64,000 nt of DNA from a bacterium (GTDB lineage Bacteria; RBG-13-61-14; DATKZS01): positions 576,001-640,000 of the forward strand of contig CAXXFL010000007.1 in the NCBI GenBank assembly GCA_963674965.2, read 5' to 3'. Below the pieces are notes generated by a model. That model saw only the letters and a list, made by a program, of their open reading frames with translations, did not search any database and was not told the origin of the DNA. A program made the position numbers and the translations under genes. Of this stretch, positions 17,632-28,195 are shown piece by piece; within the stretch, counting starts at the first letter, position 1; every line of letters begins with the position of its first letter.

Positions 17632-18789
17632 TCAGCGGGAGGTCACCCGTTTGGCCTGCCCCATCCAGGAGAGGCTCTGGACCGTGTTCCAGACGAAAAC
17701 GGCCTTGGCCGAGTACTCGGGCTTCATCGGCTCGGCCTCCCTGACCGCCCGAATCCAGGCGTCGGGGTCGTCGCTCTCGACGATGCCCTGGAAGTCGTAA
17801 ATCCCGAAGTGCATCACGCCGGCGTACTTGCAAACGGCCGCGTCCTTGCCCAGGTCCGCCGGGTCGGTCCAGACCGCCCCGTGCCCCTCGCCCGGGATGG
17901 TCTGTCCCAGGCTCATGGCGGCCCGGTTGCCGTACTTGTTCGCCACCACCCGGCAGATCAGATAGGAAAGGTACCTGGTGTCCTTGATGGTCCACTTCAT
18001 GCCGATGCCCTTGAGAAGGTCCTGGAGGAAGGCCGTGTTCTGCGACCCGAAGTGCATGAAGGTAACGTAGTCCCAGTCGATCATGAGGGACGGTCCGCCC
18101 GAGATGTCCTGGAAAACGGGGCGCTTGATTTTTATATCCGCGGCCGCGTAGTCCATGGCCGTGCTTATGGCCACGGTGTCATGCTCGTGAAGCTTGTCCA
18201 GCACCGCCTGGAACTTCGGGATCGAGGCGTCGAAGGACTTTTTATCCAGCATGCCCAGGATGGTCCCCAGCCCGACGGACTCCTCCCCGGCCTTTTCGTC
18301 CGGCGCCCTGTCCGAGCCGGTCTGGCAGTTGGGAGGCTCGATGTCCACGATCAGCGCCTCGATGCGAACGTCGTGGGAGTCGGCCCAGGCGTACATGTTG
18401 TCCAGATGCTCGAGGTACTCGTCGGCGTACTCGTCGTTAAGATAGAGGCAGTGCTCGCGGGGAAGCAGGGGCCAGGCCACGATTTTAATGCCCGCCTTAT
18501 CGTAGGCCTTGAAGACATCGGCCAGCTCGTCTCCCAGGTAGTTGGCCCTGATGTTGGGGGCCACCATGATATTGTTCCGCTTGGCTATGTCCATGGTCCT
18601 GGGATCGAGGAGTTCCTCGAAGGTCATGTACTCGGCCGTGACCAGTATCTGCGGCTCGTTGGGGTCAACGCCCAGGGAGAGGAAATCGGGCTTGAACTCG
18701 CCGGCCAGGAGGGGCCAACCGAAGAACAGGGCCAGGGAAAGGGCCATCAGACCAAAAGACGAAAGCGCGATCTTGCGAGCGTTATTCAT
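17632..18789 (-). CDS. Secreted or membrane-anchored hypothetical protein (possibly glycoside hydrolase-like barrel)
   Basis: AGGAGG RBS, hydrophobic N-terminus, LIVDIEP motif; family not securely recognised. Confidence 0.6.
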   Translation of the reverse strand: MNNARKIALSSFGLMALSLALFFGWPLLAGEFKPDFLSLGVDPNEPQILVTAEYMTFEELLDPRTMDIAKRNNIMVAPNIRANYLGDELADVFKAYDKAGIKIVAWPLLPREHCLYLNDEYADEYLEHLDNMYAWADSHDVRIEALIVDIEPPNCQTGSDRAPDEKAGEESVGLGTILGMLDKKSFDASIPKFQAVLDKLHEHDTVAISTAMDYAAADIKIKRPVFQDISGGPSLMIDWDYVTFMHFGSQNTAFLQDLLKGIGMKWTIKDTRYLSYLICRVVANKYGNRAAMSLGQTIPGEGHGAVWTDPADLGKDAAVCKYAGVMHFGIYDFQGIVESDDPDAWIRAVREAEPMKPEYSAKAVFVWNTVQSLSWMGQAKRVTSR

Positions 18790-18845
18790 ATATCAATCCT
18801 CCTTACGACTCGGATTCATCTTCACGCGTAGCCATACATCATATT

Positions 18846-19943
18846 CTATGGGACCTGGCTTGACAACGCGGGCGCTAATACCTCGAGGGCGAAGCGGCGG
18901 GAAAGCTCGAGGGCCCCCTCCGGGCCGAGATGGACGGAATAATCGAAAAACGCCTCGTCCTCCGGCGCCCAGTCGGGTCCGTTCATGTCGACCAGCAGGA
19001 CTCCCTCCTCGCGGCAGGCCAGGGCGTAGTAGGCGGAAGACTTGGCCTCTCCAAGCCCTTCCACCTCGCGCCGGAACGAGGCCGACTCGGGGGTAAGCGC
19101 GACGATGGGCAGGGCGCCGGAGTCCTTTATAGCCCTGAGCGTCCGCCTGAAGATCGAGTCGGTAAAGTCCGAGGTCTCGAACTCCCTCATCATCTCCCGG
19201 TACCTTTGCACTTCCCTTTTATAGGCCTTTCGCCGGCCTCCTTCCTCGCGATAGGTCTGGGCCATCCGGTTGATCGCCTGGGCCCTGGGGGTTACGGGAT
19301 TAAGGTACGCGCTCGAGTCGGTGAACTCCGAGATGGAAGCGGGCCTCGATCGACGGTCAAGGTCCAGGAGTTGGAATAGCGTCTCGAGGCCGCGGGTGAG
19401 GCCCTGGGCCGCCCCTAGTTTCTGGTCCCAGTCGGGGCAATAAAGGGCGCCCCAGGCCATGGTCGCGGGCGAGGCGTACAGGCGGAGGTCGCGGGCGAAC
19501 CTCGGGTTATGGGCGTTGATCGTGAAGGGGGCCGTGCCGACCACGACGACCTTTGGCCGCCTGGAAAGACCCGCCAGCCTGACCGCTATCTCGTGGACGC
19601 CGATCGACTGGGCGGCGTCGAGCCCGAGGTTGACGACCCTGGGTGAACCAAGACCGGCCAGTTCCTCCTCCATTACGGTCGAGACGAAGTCGTGGCGGGC
19701 CCTCGAGTCGCCGAGGATGACCACGTCGCCCGCGTCGTCCAGCTCGAGAACGCGGCAGAGTTTCAGGTTCTGTTTGGCGAGAGGGCCTATCCAGGGCTGG
19801 AAAAACCAATAGGGCGTCCGGGACAAGGCGAGGTTGAAGACCAGCATGACCGCGAGGGCGGAGCCGAGGATGATCGCTCCCATCTTAAGGGGAGAAGCCG
19901 ATCGGGGCGCTCCTTTCTTTTCCTTGTTTGCCGACGCGTTCAT
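18846..19943 (-). CDS. SGNH/DltD-like membrane-anchored protein
   Basis: N-terminal TM, ILGDSR block, VVNLG, C-terminal FFDYSVHL. Confidence 0.6.
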   Translation of the reverse strand: MNASANKEKKGAPRSASPLKMGAIILGSALAVMLVFNLALSRTPYWFFQPWIGPLAKQNLKLCRVLELDDAGDVVILGDSRARHDFVSTVMEEELAGLGSPRVVNLGLDAAQSIGVHEIAVRLAGLSRRPKVVVVGTAPFTINAHNPRFARDLRLYASPATMAWGALYCPDWDQKLGAAQGLTRGLETLFQLLDLDRRSRPASISEFTDSSAYLNPVTPRAQAINRMAQTYREEGGRRKAYKREVQRYREMMREFETSDFTDSIFRRTLRAIKDSGALPIVALTPESASFRREVEGLGEAKSSAYYALACREEGVLLVDMNGPDWAPEDEAFFDYSVHLGPEGALELSRRFALEVLAPALSSQVP

Positions 19944-20045
19944 CTTGAGTGGACATTATAGCGTCATGAGACCCCGGCGGCCACCCGCGCCGGCCGTCAG
20001 GCTTGCCCGGAGCCGCCGACTCGAATAGAATTTTGAAAGTCGCCG

Positions 20046-21890
20046 ATGGAAGAGATTACTCGCAAGCCGATGGCGCCGCGCCTGGGACTGGTGTTGGTTA
20101 TTTTATTGAGCCTGGCCGTCCGCGTCCTGGTGACGATGGACAACCGGTCAGGTCCGCTATTCGACTCCTACCGGCTGGACGAGACGCTTTACCTCGAATG
20201 GGCCAGGCAAGCCTCGGAGGGGGACCCGTTTCTGGATTACGTGCCCATACACGGTCCCGGCTACCCCTGGGCGCTGGGGTTATTGTACGCCGCAGGTGGA
20301 GACGAATACCTTACTCCCCGGGTCCTCAACTCCGCCCTGGGGATAGGATCGATTATCCTCGTTTACTGTCTCGCCGCCTCGCTGGCCGGTCCGTGGGCCG
20401 GAGTTTTCGCGGCCCTTCTTATCGGCCTTTACTGGCCCATGATTACCCTCGAGCAGCGGGTAATGGGAACGGCCCTGTTCGTTTTCCTGAACCTCCTTTC
20501 TCTTAAGCTGGCCACGTGGGCGGCCAGGCGGGACGCCGTCCGGAGGTGGGCCTTGTGCGGCCTGGCCATCGGAGCGGCGGCCGTTACGCGGCCCAATTCC
20601 CTCGTCTGGCTCGCCGTCCTGGCCGCCTGGCTCGCGGTCGCGGCGGCGAGGTCCAAATCGGGACGCCGGGCGGCGTCGGTCCTGGCCCTGGCCGGGGCGG
20701 CCCTTTTGCCCATGGCGCCGGTCGCGATCCACAACCATGGGGTCTCCGGCGACTGGATACCGGTGCAGGCCGACGGAGGGCTCAACTTCTATCTCGGCAA
20801 CAACCCCGAGTCGAACGGAACGCCCTACGCCAGGCCCGGCGGCAAATGGGACGCCATCGAGGCACGGCCCTTCCTCGAGGCCGGCGCGGTCTCACTGGCG
20901 GAGCAGGACGGGTTCTATACGCGAGAGGTCCTCCGGTTCCTTGCCGAGCGTCCTTTGGCCTTCCTTTTCAAGCTGGCGCGAAAATGCCTGCTCATCTTGA
21001 ATAACCGGGAAATGAGGGCGACCTTCGATCCCGCTTTTTTAAGGGGGCTGTCGAAAACGCTCAGCGCGCCCTTTCCGGGCTTCTGGCTCATCTTCGCCCT
21101 GGCCGCGGCGGGAATATTCTCCCTGCGGCCGTGGAGGACGCCGAGCCGGCTGGTCCTCTTGTTCGTGGGCTCACACGCGGCGGCCGTTGTCGCGACCGTC
21201 GTCTCCTGCCGCTACCGCTTGGCCGTGACGGCGGGCCTGGCCATACTGGCGGGGGCCGGGGCGGCCAGGACCTTGCGCGCGGTAAAGTCGGTCCTTAATA
21301 AGGAGGACGACACGGGGCGCTTGAAACGCGAGTTGGCCTTCACGCTTGCCCTGGCCGCGGCTGGAGCGGCCCTTTCCTTTCTGCCGGTCGCGCCGCGCCA
21401 TGGCGAGGCGGAGTCTCTCACCTATCTGGGCGACGCCTGGCTGCAAAAAAAGGATATGGACCGGGCCCGGGAATACTATAGCCGCGCGCTTGCTTCCGAG
21501 CCCGATTACGCCCCGGCCATGTCTCGCCTCTCGAGGCTGGAGGAGAATCGGGGCGACCTCGAGGCGGCACTGACCTGGCTCGAGACGTCGGTCGCGGCCG
21601 ATCCGGACGGAGGCTCGGGACATTACGAGCTGTCCAGGCTATACTGGCGACTGGGCCGGCGGGAACAAGCCCTTCTCGAGGCCCGGCTGGCGGCGGATAA
21701 AAAACCCTTGTGGGCCGACGGACTCATGAACCTGGCCGTGATGGAGCTAAACGTGGGAAGGCTTACCAACGCGCTCGCGGCGGCCGACCGCCTTCTGGAA
21801 ATCCGGCCCGACCTCGAGGACGCGAAGAGATTGAGGATGGACGCCATGCGATCGCTGGAAGCCGAAAAGAAAAAGGAGGACGAAAAGTGA
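20046..21890 (+). CDS. GT-C fold glycosyltransferase (ArnT/PMT-like) with C-terminal TPRs
   Basis: LDE...Y luminal motif, PGYP, many TM helices, GGLNFYLGNNP, YR motif, TPR tail. Confidence 0.78.
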   Translation: MEEITRKPMAPRLGLVLVILLSLAVRVLVTMDNRSGPLFDSYRLDETLYLEWARQASEGDPFLDYVPIHGPGYPWALGLLYAAGGDEYLTPRVLNSALGIGSIILVYCLAASLAGPWAGVFAALLIGLYWPMITLEQRVMGTALFVFLNLLSLKLATWAARRDAVRRWALCGLAIGAAAVTRPNSLVWLAVLAAWLAVAAARSKSGRRAASVLALAGAALLPMAPVAIHNHGVSGDWIPVQADGGLNFYLGNNPESNGTPYARPGGKWDAIEARPFLEAGAVSLAEQDGFYTREVLRFLAERPLAFLFKLARKCLLILNNREMRATFDPAFLRGLSKTLSAPFPGFWLIFALAAAGIFSLRPWRTPSRLVLLFVGSHAAAVVATVVSCRYRLAVTAGLAILAGAGAARTLRAVKSVLNKEDDTGRLKRELAFTLALAAAGAALSFLPVAPRHGEAESLTYLGDAWLQKKDMDRAREYYSRALASEPDYAPAMSRLSRLEENRGDLEAALTWLETSVAADPDGGSGHYELSRLYWRLGRREQALLEARLAADKKPLWADGLMNLAVMELNVGRLTNALAAADRLLEIRPDLEDAKRLRMDAMRSLEAEKKKEDEK

Positions 21891-23461
21891 GCGGCCGGAA
21901 ATACGCCGGAGCGGCCGCCGCCGTCTTCGCCCTGGCTTTCCTCGTCCACGTCCACGCCCTGGGCATGGGCTACACCTTTGACGAGCGGATACTGATCTCG
22001 GGCAATCCAGCGGTGATGGAGCTCGACCTAGGTACCATCCTGGGTTCCAAGTTCTGGCCCGGACCCACGCGGGGCGTGTACTACAGGCCCACGGTCATCC
22101 TCTCCTACGCCGCGGCCTACGCCCTGGCGGGAGACGCGCCCTGGGCCCAGCACCTTGTAAATCTCCTGGCCCACGCGGCCGCCTCCTCCCTGGCCTTCCT
22201 TCTCCTGATGAGGCTGGGCCAAAAGGCGGGGCCGGCCTTTTTAGTCACGGCCGTTTTCGCGGTCCATCCGGTCCACGCGGAGAACGTCTTCTGGGTCCCG
22301 GGCAGGACCGACGTTCTGGCGACGGCTTTTTTGCTCGCCTCCTGGCTTTCCTTTTTAAAGGCGCGGGAGGGCGAGCGGGCCGGAGAGTCGGCGCCCTGGT
22401 ACGGGCTGGCGGGTTTCCTTTTTCTGCTGGCCCTGGGGGCAAAGGAAATAGCGGCGGTCCTTCCCTTGCTTATCCTGGCGAGGGACCTTCTCGGGGAGGC
22501 CCGGATGAAAAAACGGGCGAAGATCGAGCACGTCGCCTCCTTCGCGCTGTTATTTCTTTTCCTCGCCTGGAGGTGGTGGGTCCTGCTCGGGCCGGGGGAC
22601 GAGCCCTCTCCCGACCCGCTCTCTTCTCTTTCATATCTTACGTCTTCGCTGACCACCGCTTATATCTTTGCCAAGGCGGCCTTGACCATCGTCTTTCCCG
22701 GTTCCTGGAAGATCGATTACGCCTATGAGGAGGCCATGCTCGGGGCCCCGGGCTGGGCGCTGGGGCTTTCGCTTTTATTCTTCCTCGCCATGGCCGCCGC
22801 CGTGCCGGCGCTGCGCGAGAAAAGGCCGGAGGCTTCTTTCGCGGCGGCCGGGTTCCTTATCGGCATGGCGCCGGTCTCGCATCTTGTTCCCTTTCCCACT
22901 CTTTTCGCCGAGCGCTTTCTATATCTTCCCAGTCTTTTCCTGGTCCTTTTCGTCGTCGAGCTGGCTTATTCATGGCTTGAGCATGGGGAAGAGAAGGAGG
23001 AGAGGACGAGGGTCCGAAAGAGGCCCCTATTGGCGGCCATGGCTATCTTGATCGCGGCGCTTTCCCTGGCCGAGGTCTCGAGGGGGCGGCATTTCAAGGA
23101 CGACCTGTCCTTCTGGAGCGAGGCGGTCCGTCAGGTCCCGCGCCTGGCCCTGGCCCGCAACTGGCTTGGCATAGCCCACATGGAAAGGGCCGACTACGCC
23201 GCGGCCGAGCGGCTGTTCAAGGACGCCGTTTCCCTGGACCGGGATTTTTACGTGGCCCGGATGAACCTGGCGGGCGTGATGCTGAAGACGGGAAGGACCG
23301 GCGAGGCGGTCGAGCTGATGGAAACGCTCGTCCAGGAGCACCCGGGCAAATGCGACCTTCTCATGAACCTCTCGGTGGCTTACTCGATGAACGGGCGGAT
23401 CGCGGAGGCGGTGGTGGCGGAGGAGGCCGCCCGCCGGGCCTGCGGAGGAGCCGCCGAGTAG
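21887..23461 (+). CDS. TMTC-like membrane glycosyltransferase with TPRs
   Basis: YYRP, FAVHPVHAENVFWVPGR, AKE and AERFLYLPS motifs; GTG start overlaps the upstream stop (GTGA). Confidence 0.8.
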   Translation: MSGRKYAGAAAAVFALAFLVHVHALGMGYTFDERILISGNPAVMELDLGTILGSKFWPGPTRGVYYRPTVILSYAAAYALAGDAPWAQHLVNLLAHAAASSLAFLLLMRLGQKAGPAFLVTAVFAVHPVHAENVFWVPGRTDVLATAFLLASWLSFLKAREGERAGESAPWYGLAGFLFLLALGAKEIAAVLPLLILARDLLGEARMKKRAKIEHVASFALLFLFLAWRWWVLLGPGDEPSPDPLSSLSYLTSSLTTAYIFAKAALTIVFPGSWKIDYAYEEAMLGAPGWALGLSLLFFLAMAAAVPALREKRPEASFAAAGFLIGMAPVSHLVPFPTLFAERFLYLPSLFLVLFVVELAYSWLEHGEEKEERTRVRKRPLLAAMAILIAALSLAEVSRGRHFKDDLSFWSEAVRQVPRLALARNWLGIAHMERADYAAAERLFKDAVSLDRDFYVARMNLAGVMLKTGRTGEAVELMETLVQEHPGKCDLLMNLSVAYSMNGRIAEAVVAEEAARRACGGAAE

Positions 23462-23475
23462 CCGGGCCCGCGCGG

Positions 23476-24204
23476 CTATTTCCTTCTTCCCAGGTACTCG
23501 GCGGCGACCAGGGCCGCCAGTTCGGACGCGGCCTTTATTATTACCCGGACGCTTCCCCCGGTGTTTAGTCCGCCCCTCCGCGGAAGATGGGTAACGGCGA
23601 CCTCGGCGGGAACCACCCCCGCTTTCTTGGCGGCCAGAAGTATCTCCGCGTTGATAAGGGCCCCGCCGGCGCTAAGACCGGCCCCGGCCACGATGTCCCT
23701 TTTAAAAAGCTTGAAGGCGCAGTTCATGTCCCTTACGCGGAGACCGAAAAGGGTCCTTGTCACCAGCGTGAAGAGACGGCCGTAAAGTCTTCTTTCAAAC
23801 GGGTCCCGCCTGTCTTTCCTGTATCCGGCCACCAGGCGCTCCTCCCCGGCCAGGGCGATCAGTTTCTCCATCTCGTCCGGCACGAACTGCCCGTCCGAGT
23901 CCATGAAGAATATCCAGTCCAGCGTGGCCGCCTCGAAGCCGGAGCGGAGCGCGGCTCCGTAGCCCCGGTTGACCTCATGAGCGATTAACTTTACTCTCCC
24001 GTCCGCGCGCGCCGCGGCCCTTGCTATCTCGCCCGTGCGGTCGCCGCTTCCGTCGTCCACCACGATGACCTCGAACTTTTTGGCGTTCGCCTCGAGGGCC
24101 AGGATGAGATCACGCAGCGTTTTTTCCAGATTGTCGGCCTCGTTGTACGCCGGCAGCACGGCCGAGACCTCGATCCAGGCGTCTTTTTTCCCTTGGTCCA
24201 TGAT
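23476..24204 (-). CDS. GT2 glycosyltransferase (polyprenol-phosphate sugar synthase-like)
   Basis: VLPAYNEA, VVDDGSGD, NRGYGAA, MDSDGQF, DMNCAFK; start uncertain. Confidence 0.88.
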   Translation of the reverse strand: MMDQGKKDAWIEVSAVLPAYNEADNLEKTLRDLILALEANAKKFEVIVVDDGSGDRTGEIARAAARADGRVKLIAHEVNRGYGAALRSGFEAATLDWIFFMDSDGQFVPDEMEKLIALAGEERLVAGYRKDRRDPFERRLYGRLFTLVTRTLFGLRVRDMNCAFKLFKRDIVAGAGLSAGGALINAEILLAAKKAGVVPAEVAVTHLPRRGGLNTGGSVRVIIKAASELAALVAAEYLGRRK

Positions 24205-24286
24205 GGGCAAGGTTTAACACGGCCCGGCCTTTCGATCAACAGGAGCCGGGCTTGCGCGTTGGGGGCGGGGCTTTTATAATCGCGCC

Positions 24287-26362
24287 ATGGAAGTTTCGGG
24301 CAAGAAACGCAAGGCCATAACGCGCTCGTATCCGGGCCGGTCGATAGACGAGATCGCCCGTGAGCAAGGCCTTTCGCCCCGGGTGGTCAAGAAGGTGCTG
24401 CGGGAGGCGGGCAAGCTGGAGCCGTTCCCCGCGGGAAAAATCGCGGCCGCCGTTTTCATGGCCGCCACTGTCGCCGCCCTGGCCGCGGCCGGTTATCATC
24501 TGGCCACGCGTCCTTATTATTCCCGGCTGGCCTCTCGAAAAGCGGACATGAACGCGCTGCTCGTCACCATCGACACCTGCCGGGCCGACCACCTCGGGGC
24601 CTACGGTTACAAAAAGGGAGCCACGCCCAACCTGGACCGTCTGGCCCAAGAGGGAGTCGTGTTCGAGAACGCCTTCGCCCTTCAGCCCATTACCCTGCCC
24701 TCGCACTCGACCATCATGACGGGCATGCACCCGGCGGCGCACGGCGTTTTGGACAACGGGCTTTTCAAGCTGCCGCCCGGGGCCAGGACCATCGCCGAGA
24801 TCGAGCGGGACAAGGGCCGCCAAACGGGGGCCGTGGTCGCCAGCTTCGTGCTCAATTCCCGCTTCGGCCTGGACCGGGGATTCGATACCTATGACGACGA
24901 CCTCGTGGAAAAAATCAACTCGTCCTCCTCGAGCTTCGACGAGATACTGGCCTCGGCCGTCAGCGACCGGGCCCTCGAGTGGATCGGCGGGCGTAAAAGC
25001 TCGCGCTGGTTCCTCTGGCTGCACTACTTCGATCCCCACGCTCCTTACAATCCTCCCGCCCGGCACGAGCGGCCGGGGATGAGTTCATACGACGGCGAGA
25101 TAGCCTTCGTGGACGCGGAGCTTGGCAGGGTCTTGTCCTTTCTCGAGGAGTCCGGTCTGCGGGACAACACGCTGGTGATGGTGGTGGGAGACCACGGCGA
25201 GGGCCTGGGCGAGCACGGCGAGGAAACTCACGGCTATTTTCTTTACGACTCGACCACGCGCGTGCCCATGATTCTTTCCATGCCCGGCTCGATCCCGGCG
25301 GGTCTTCGGATTAAGGAGCGGGTGACCTTGATGGACGCGGCCCCCACCATCGCGGACGCGACGGGAACGGGCGAGGGCGAGAGCTTCCAGGGAAGGTCGC
25401 TTCTTCCCCTTGTCTTCGGCCGGGAAGACGGGCCCGAGCGCGGCTCGATAATCTCGATGACCCATTTGCCCTGGTACCAGCACGGCTGGAGTCCCTCCTA
25501 CTCGATCAGGAAGGACGACGTGAAGTACATCATGAGTCCCCGTCCCGAGCTTTACGATCAGGGCAAGGACCCCGCCGAGACGAACGATCTGATTGAGGGG
25601 GAAAAGGGCCTGGCCGAGGCGATGAAGAGGGAGTTGAAAAAGGAACTTATCGAGCTGGGCGAAGAAAAGCTCGGGGACGGACGGCTGGCCCTGGACGAGG
25701 AGGCGCGGGAGAAGCTGGCGGCTTTGGGTTATATTTCCACCGCGGGAGTAAAAAGGGACGACGAGACGGAGGACGCTCCGGACGTAAAGGACATGATCAA
25801 GGTACTGTCCCTTATGAAGGACGCCTGGACCTATAAGTCCAAAGGAGACTTCGTCTCGGCGACTCGGGCCATGGAGCGCGTGGTGGCCATGGACCCCGGC
25901 AACCGCCGGGCCCTCCTCGAGATGGGACGGTGGAAGACCGACCTCAAGGATTACGGCGGCGCCGAGAAGGCCTTGCGCGACCTCATCGCGCTGGACCCGG
26001 AATACTCGGACGCCTACTACGAGCTTGGCCGGGCCCTGGCCAACGCGGGCGGGCTGGAGGAGGCCGAAAGCATAATAAAGGCCCAACTCGATCAGGACCC
26101 TCTTTTTGCCAAGTCCCAGAACCTGATGGGCTTCATCCTTTTTCAGCAAAAAAGATATGGCGAGTCGGTCCCCTATTTCGAGGAGGCGATAAGACTGTAT
26201 CCGACCTTTAACGAGGCCATGGCCAACCTGGCCGCGTCCCACGCCTCGATGGGAAATTACAAAGCGGCGCTGAAGTATTATGACATGGCGCTAAAGATCA
26301 GGCCCGACAGCGAAAGATATAAATCTCTTCGGGACATGGCGGCCAAAGACGCGGCCAGATAG
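24287..26362 (+). CDS. Sulfatase-like hydrolase/transferase with TPRs
   Basis: TIDTCRADH, TLPSHSTIMTG, HYFDPH, GDHGE motifs plus a TPR tail. Confidence 0.85.
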   Translation: MEVSGKKRKAITRSYPGRSIDEIAREQGLSPRVVKKVLREAGKLEPFPAGKIAAAVFMAATVAALAAAGYHLATRPYYSRLASRKADMNALLVTIDTCRADHLGAYGYKKGATPNLDRLAQEGVVFENAFALQPITLPSHSTIMTGMHPAAHGVLDNGLFKLPPGARTIAEIERDKGRQTGAVVASFVLNSRFGLDRGFDTYDDDLVEKINSSSSSFDEILASAVSDRALEWIGGRKSSRWFLWLHYFDPHAPYNPPARHERPGMSSYDGEIAFVDAELGRVLSFLEESGLRDNTLVMVVGDHGEGLGEHGEETHGYFLYDSTTRVPMILSMPGSIPAGLRIKERVTLMDAAPTIADATGTGEGESFQGRSLLPLVFGREDGPERGSIISMTHLPWYQHGWSPSYSIRKDDVKYIMSPRPELYDQGKDPAETNDLIEGEKGLAEAMKRELKKELIELGEEKLGDGRLALDEEAREKLAALGYISTAGVKRDDETEDAPDVKDMIKVLSLMKDAWTYKSKGDFVSATRAMERVVAMDPGNRRALLEMGRWKTDLKDYGGAEKALRDLIALDPEYSDAYYELGRALANAGGLEEAESIIKAQLDQDPLFAKSQNLMGFILFQQKRYGESVPYFEEAIRLYPTFNEAMANLAASHASMGNYKAALKYYDMALKIRPDSERYKSLRDMAAKDAAR

Positions 26363-26574
26363 TTTTAATGGTCCGGCGGTAAAAATTTGCCGTTTTTACA
26401 TATTGTCATCCCGGCCTTGCCATGGTATTATTCATATTGTCTTTCCGTTGCAGTTTGACGATAAAAAGACAAGGCTCTTTAGCTATTTAGTCATTTCGAG
26501 GAGCATTTTGCGGTTTTGATAACGCTTGTGATCATTAAATTTTTCCGCTTACCCGCCGAAAGGGAAATAGAATC

Positions 26575-27600
26575 GTGAACCTGGAAAGCGACAAACCGGA
26601 ACCGAAAAAGAGCGTTGACGACAAATCGTCCGCTAAGAAAGTCTCCAAGCCCAAGGCGGACAAGCCCTCGGTGAAAAAGGAGAAGAAGCCGGTGGACCCG
26701 GCGGTGCTCGAGGCCAAGGCCATGGAGGCCCAGAACAAAATTCTATTGGACTCCGCGGTGAGAGTGGCCGACCGTATCGGCGCCCGTCTTCTTTTCGTCA
26801 TCATCGAGGAACCCGGCGCCTGCAAGGTCCCGGAGAAGGTCCTAAAAAGAAAGGGCCTGGTCATGGTGGTGGGCGAGAGGTTCATCGACGAGGACTTTAA
26901 AAAGCAGTATAAAAACATCCTGGCCCTTCCGCCCCTGGAATTGAGCCGGATGGGCAAGATCAAGATGGCGGTCATGCGCGGTCTTTCGGCGCGGCTGATC
27001 GAGCAGGGCGACAAGATCGTCTGTCTTACCGGCTCGCGCGGCCTTCCCACTCTCGATTCGGTCCTGGTGCTTGACATCGGCAGGGAGCATGAGCTTCTGA
27101 GCTCGGGTGAGGTGACCAACATCAGCACCCAGGTCCGGGCGGACGTCTTCGAGGAGCTGGTGTCGATCTCGGCGGAGTTGGCCACCGAGGGCCGGGAGGG
27201 CAAGAGCATCGGCACCATCTTCGTTCTCGGCGACACGGACAAGGTCATGCAACTCAGCCGGCAGTTGATATTCAATCCTTTCCACGGCTACCCCGAGGAG
27301 GAGAGGAACATCCTCGATCCGAGACTCCGGGAGACGATCAAGGAGTTCTCCCATTTGGACGGGGCGTTTATCATCCGCGACGACGGGGTCATCGTCTCGG
27401 CCGGCCGCCATCTCAGCGCGGCCCTCGAGGAGGAGTCCCTGCCTCAGGGCCTGGGCGCTCGGCACGTGGCCTCGGCTGGAATTACGGCCGTCACCTCGGC
27501 CACGGCCATAGTCATCTCGGAAAGCACGGGCACGGTCAGGATATTTCGGAACGGCAAGATATTCATGGAGATCGAAAAAGCCGCTCCCTCCAGGAAATAG
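26575..27600 (+). CDS. Diadenylate cyclase (DisA_N domain, DacZ-like architecture)
   Basis: EGREGKSIGT, DGA, GLGARH and ISESTG motifs after an N-terminal alpha/beta domain. Confidence 0.85.
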   Translation: MNLESDKPEPKKSVDDKSSAKKVSKPKADKPSVKKEKKPVDPAVLEAKAMEAQNKILLDSAVRVADRIGARLLFVIIEEPGACKVPEKVLKRKGLVMVVGERFIDEDFKKQYKNILALPPLELSRMGKIKMAVMRGLSARLIEQGDKIVCLTGSRGLPTLDSVLVLDIGREHELLSSGEVTNISTQVRADVFEELVSISAELATEGREGKSIGTIFVLGDTDKVMQLSRQLIFNPFHGYPEEERNILDPRLRETIKEFSHLDGAFIIRDDGVIVSAGRHLSAALEEESLPQGLGARHVASAGITAVTSATAIVISESTGTVRIFRNGKIFMEIEKAAPSRK

Positions 27601-27642
27601 CCCGCCGGGCGGCGAGGCTCGCCCGAGGACGGAGGTCCAAAA

Positions 27643-28188
27643 ATGCAGACTCCAATCGAGCCTTCATCCGCCGGCGTCAAGACGAGGCTGATCGCGGGCC
27701 TGGCCATCATGGCCCTTACCGGCGTCTACGTCGCGATCACCTATTCCTCGCTTCCCCAAACCATGCCCATTCATTTCAACGCCGCGGGAAACCCCGACGG
27801 GTGGGCGGGCAGGCAATACGCCGCTTTTTTCGGGCTGGGATGCCAGCTTTTCATGCTGGCGGTTTTCGGCGGGGTTTACTGGGCCATGTCCGATCCCGCG
27901 AGGATGGGCGGGAAATACTCGTCCTTTCGCGATTTCACTCCCGAGCAGATTCTGGCTTTCAGGCCCAAGCTTATGATCTTCATCGACGGATTATATTATC
28001 CTCTAATGATTATGTTCGCTTACCTCCAGTACGTCACCAATGAGGTCGGCTTAATGCATCGCGAGACCATCGGCATAGGGGTATGGTTCTTCCTGGGCTT
28101 CATCATTATCTGGTCGATTATTCTATCCGTAGTGGTAATCATCGAGTCCCAGAAGGTTAAAAACGCGAACAAGAACGAGTCGGAATAG
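27643..28188 (+). CDS. DUF1648 membrane protein
   Basis: LPQTMPIHFNAAGNPDGW motif and four TM helices. Confidence 0.8.
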   Translation: MQTPIEPSSAGVKTRLIAGLAIMALTGVYVAITYSSLPQTMPIHFNAAGNPDGWAGRQYAAFFGLGCQLFMLAVFGGVYWAMSDPARMGGKYSSFRDFTPEQILAFRPKLMIFIDGLYYPLMIMFAYLQYVTNEVGLMHRETIGIGVWFFLGFIIIWSIILSVVVIIESQKVKNANKNESE

Positions 28189-28195
28189 GTACTCC

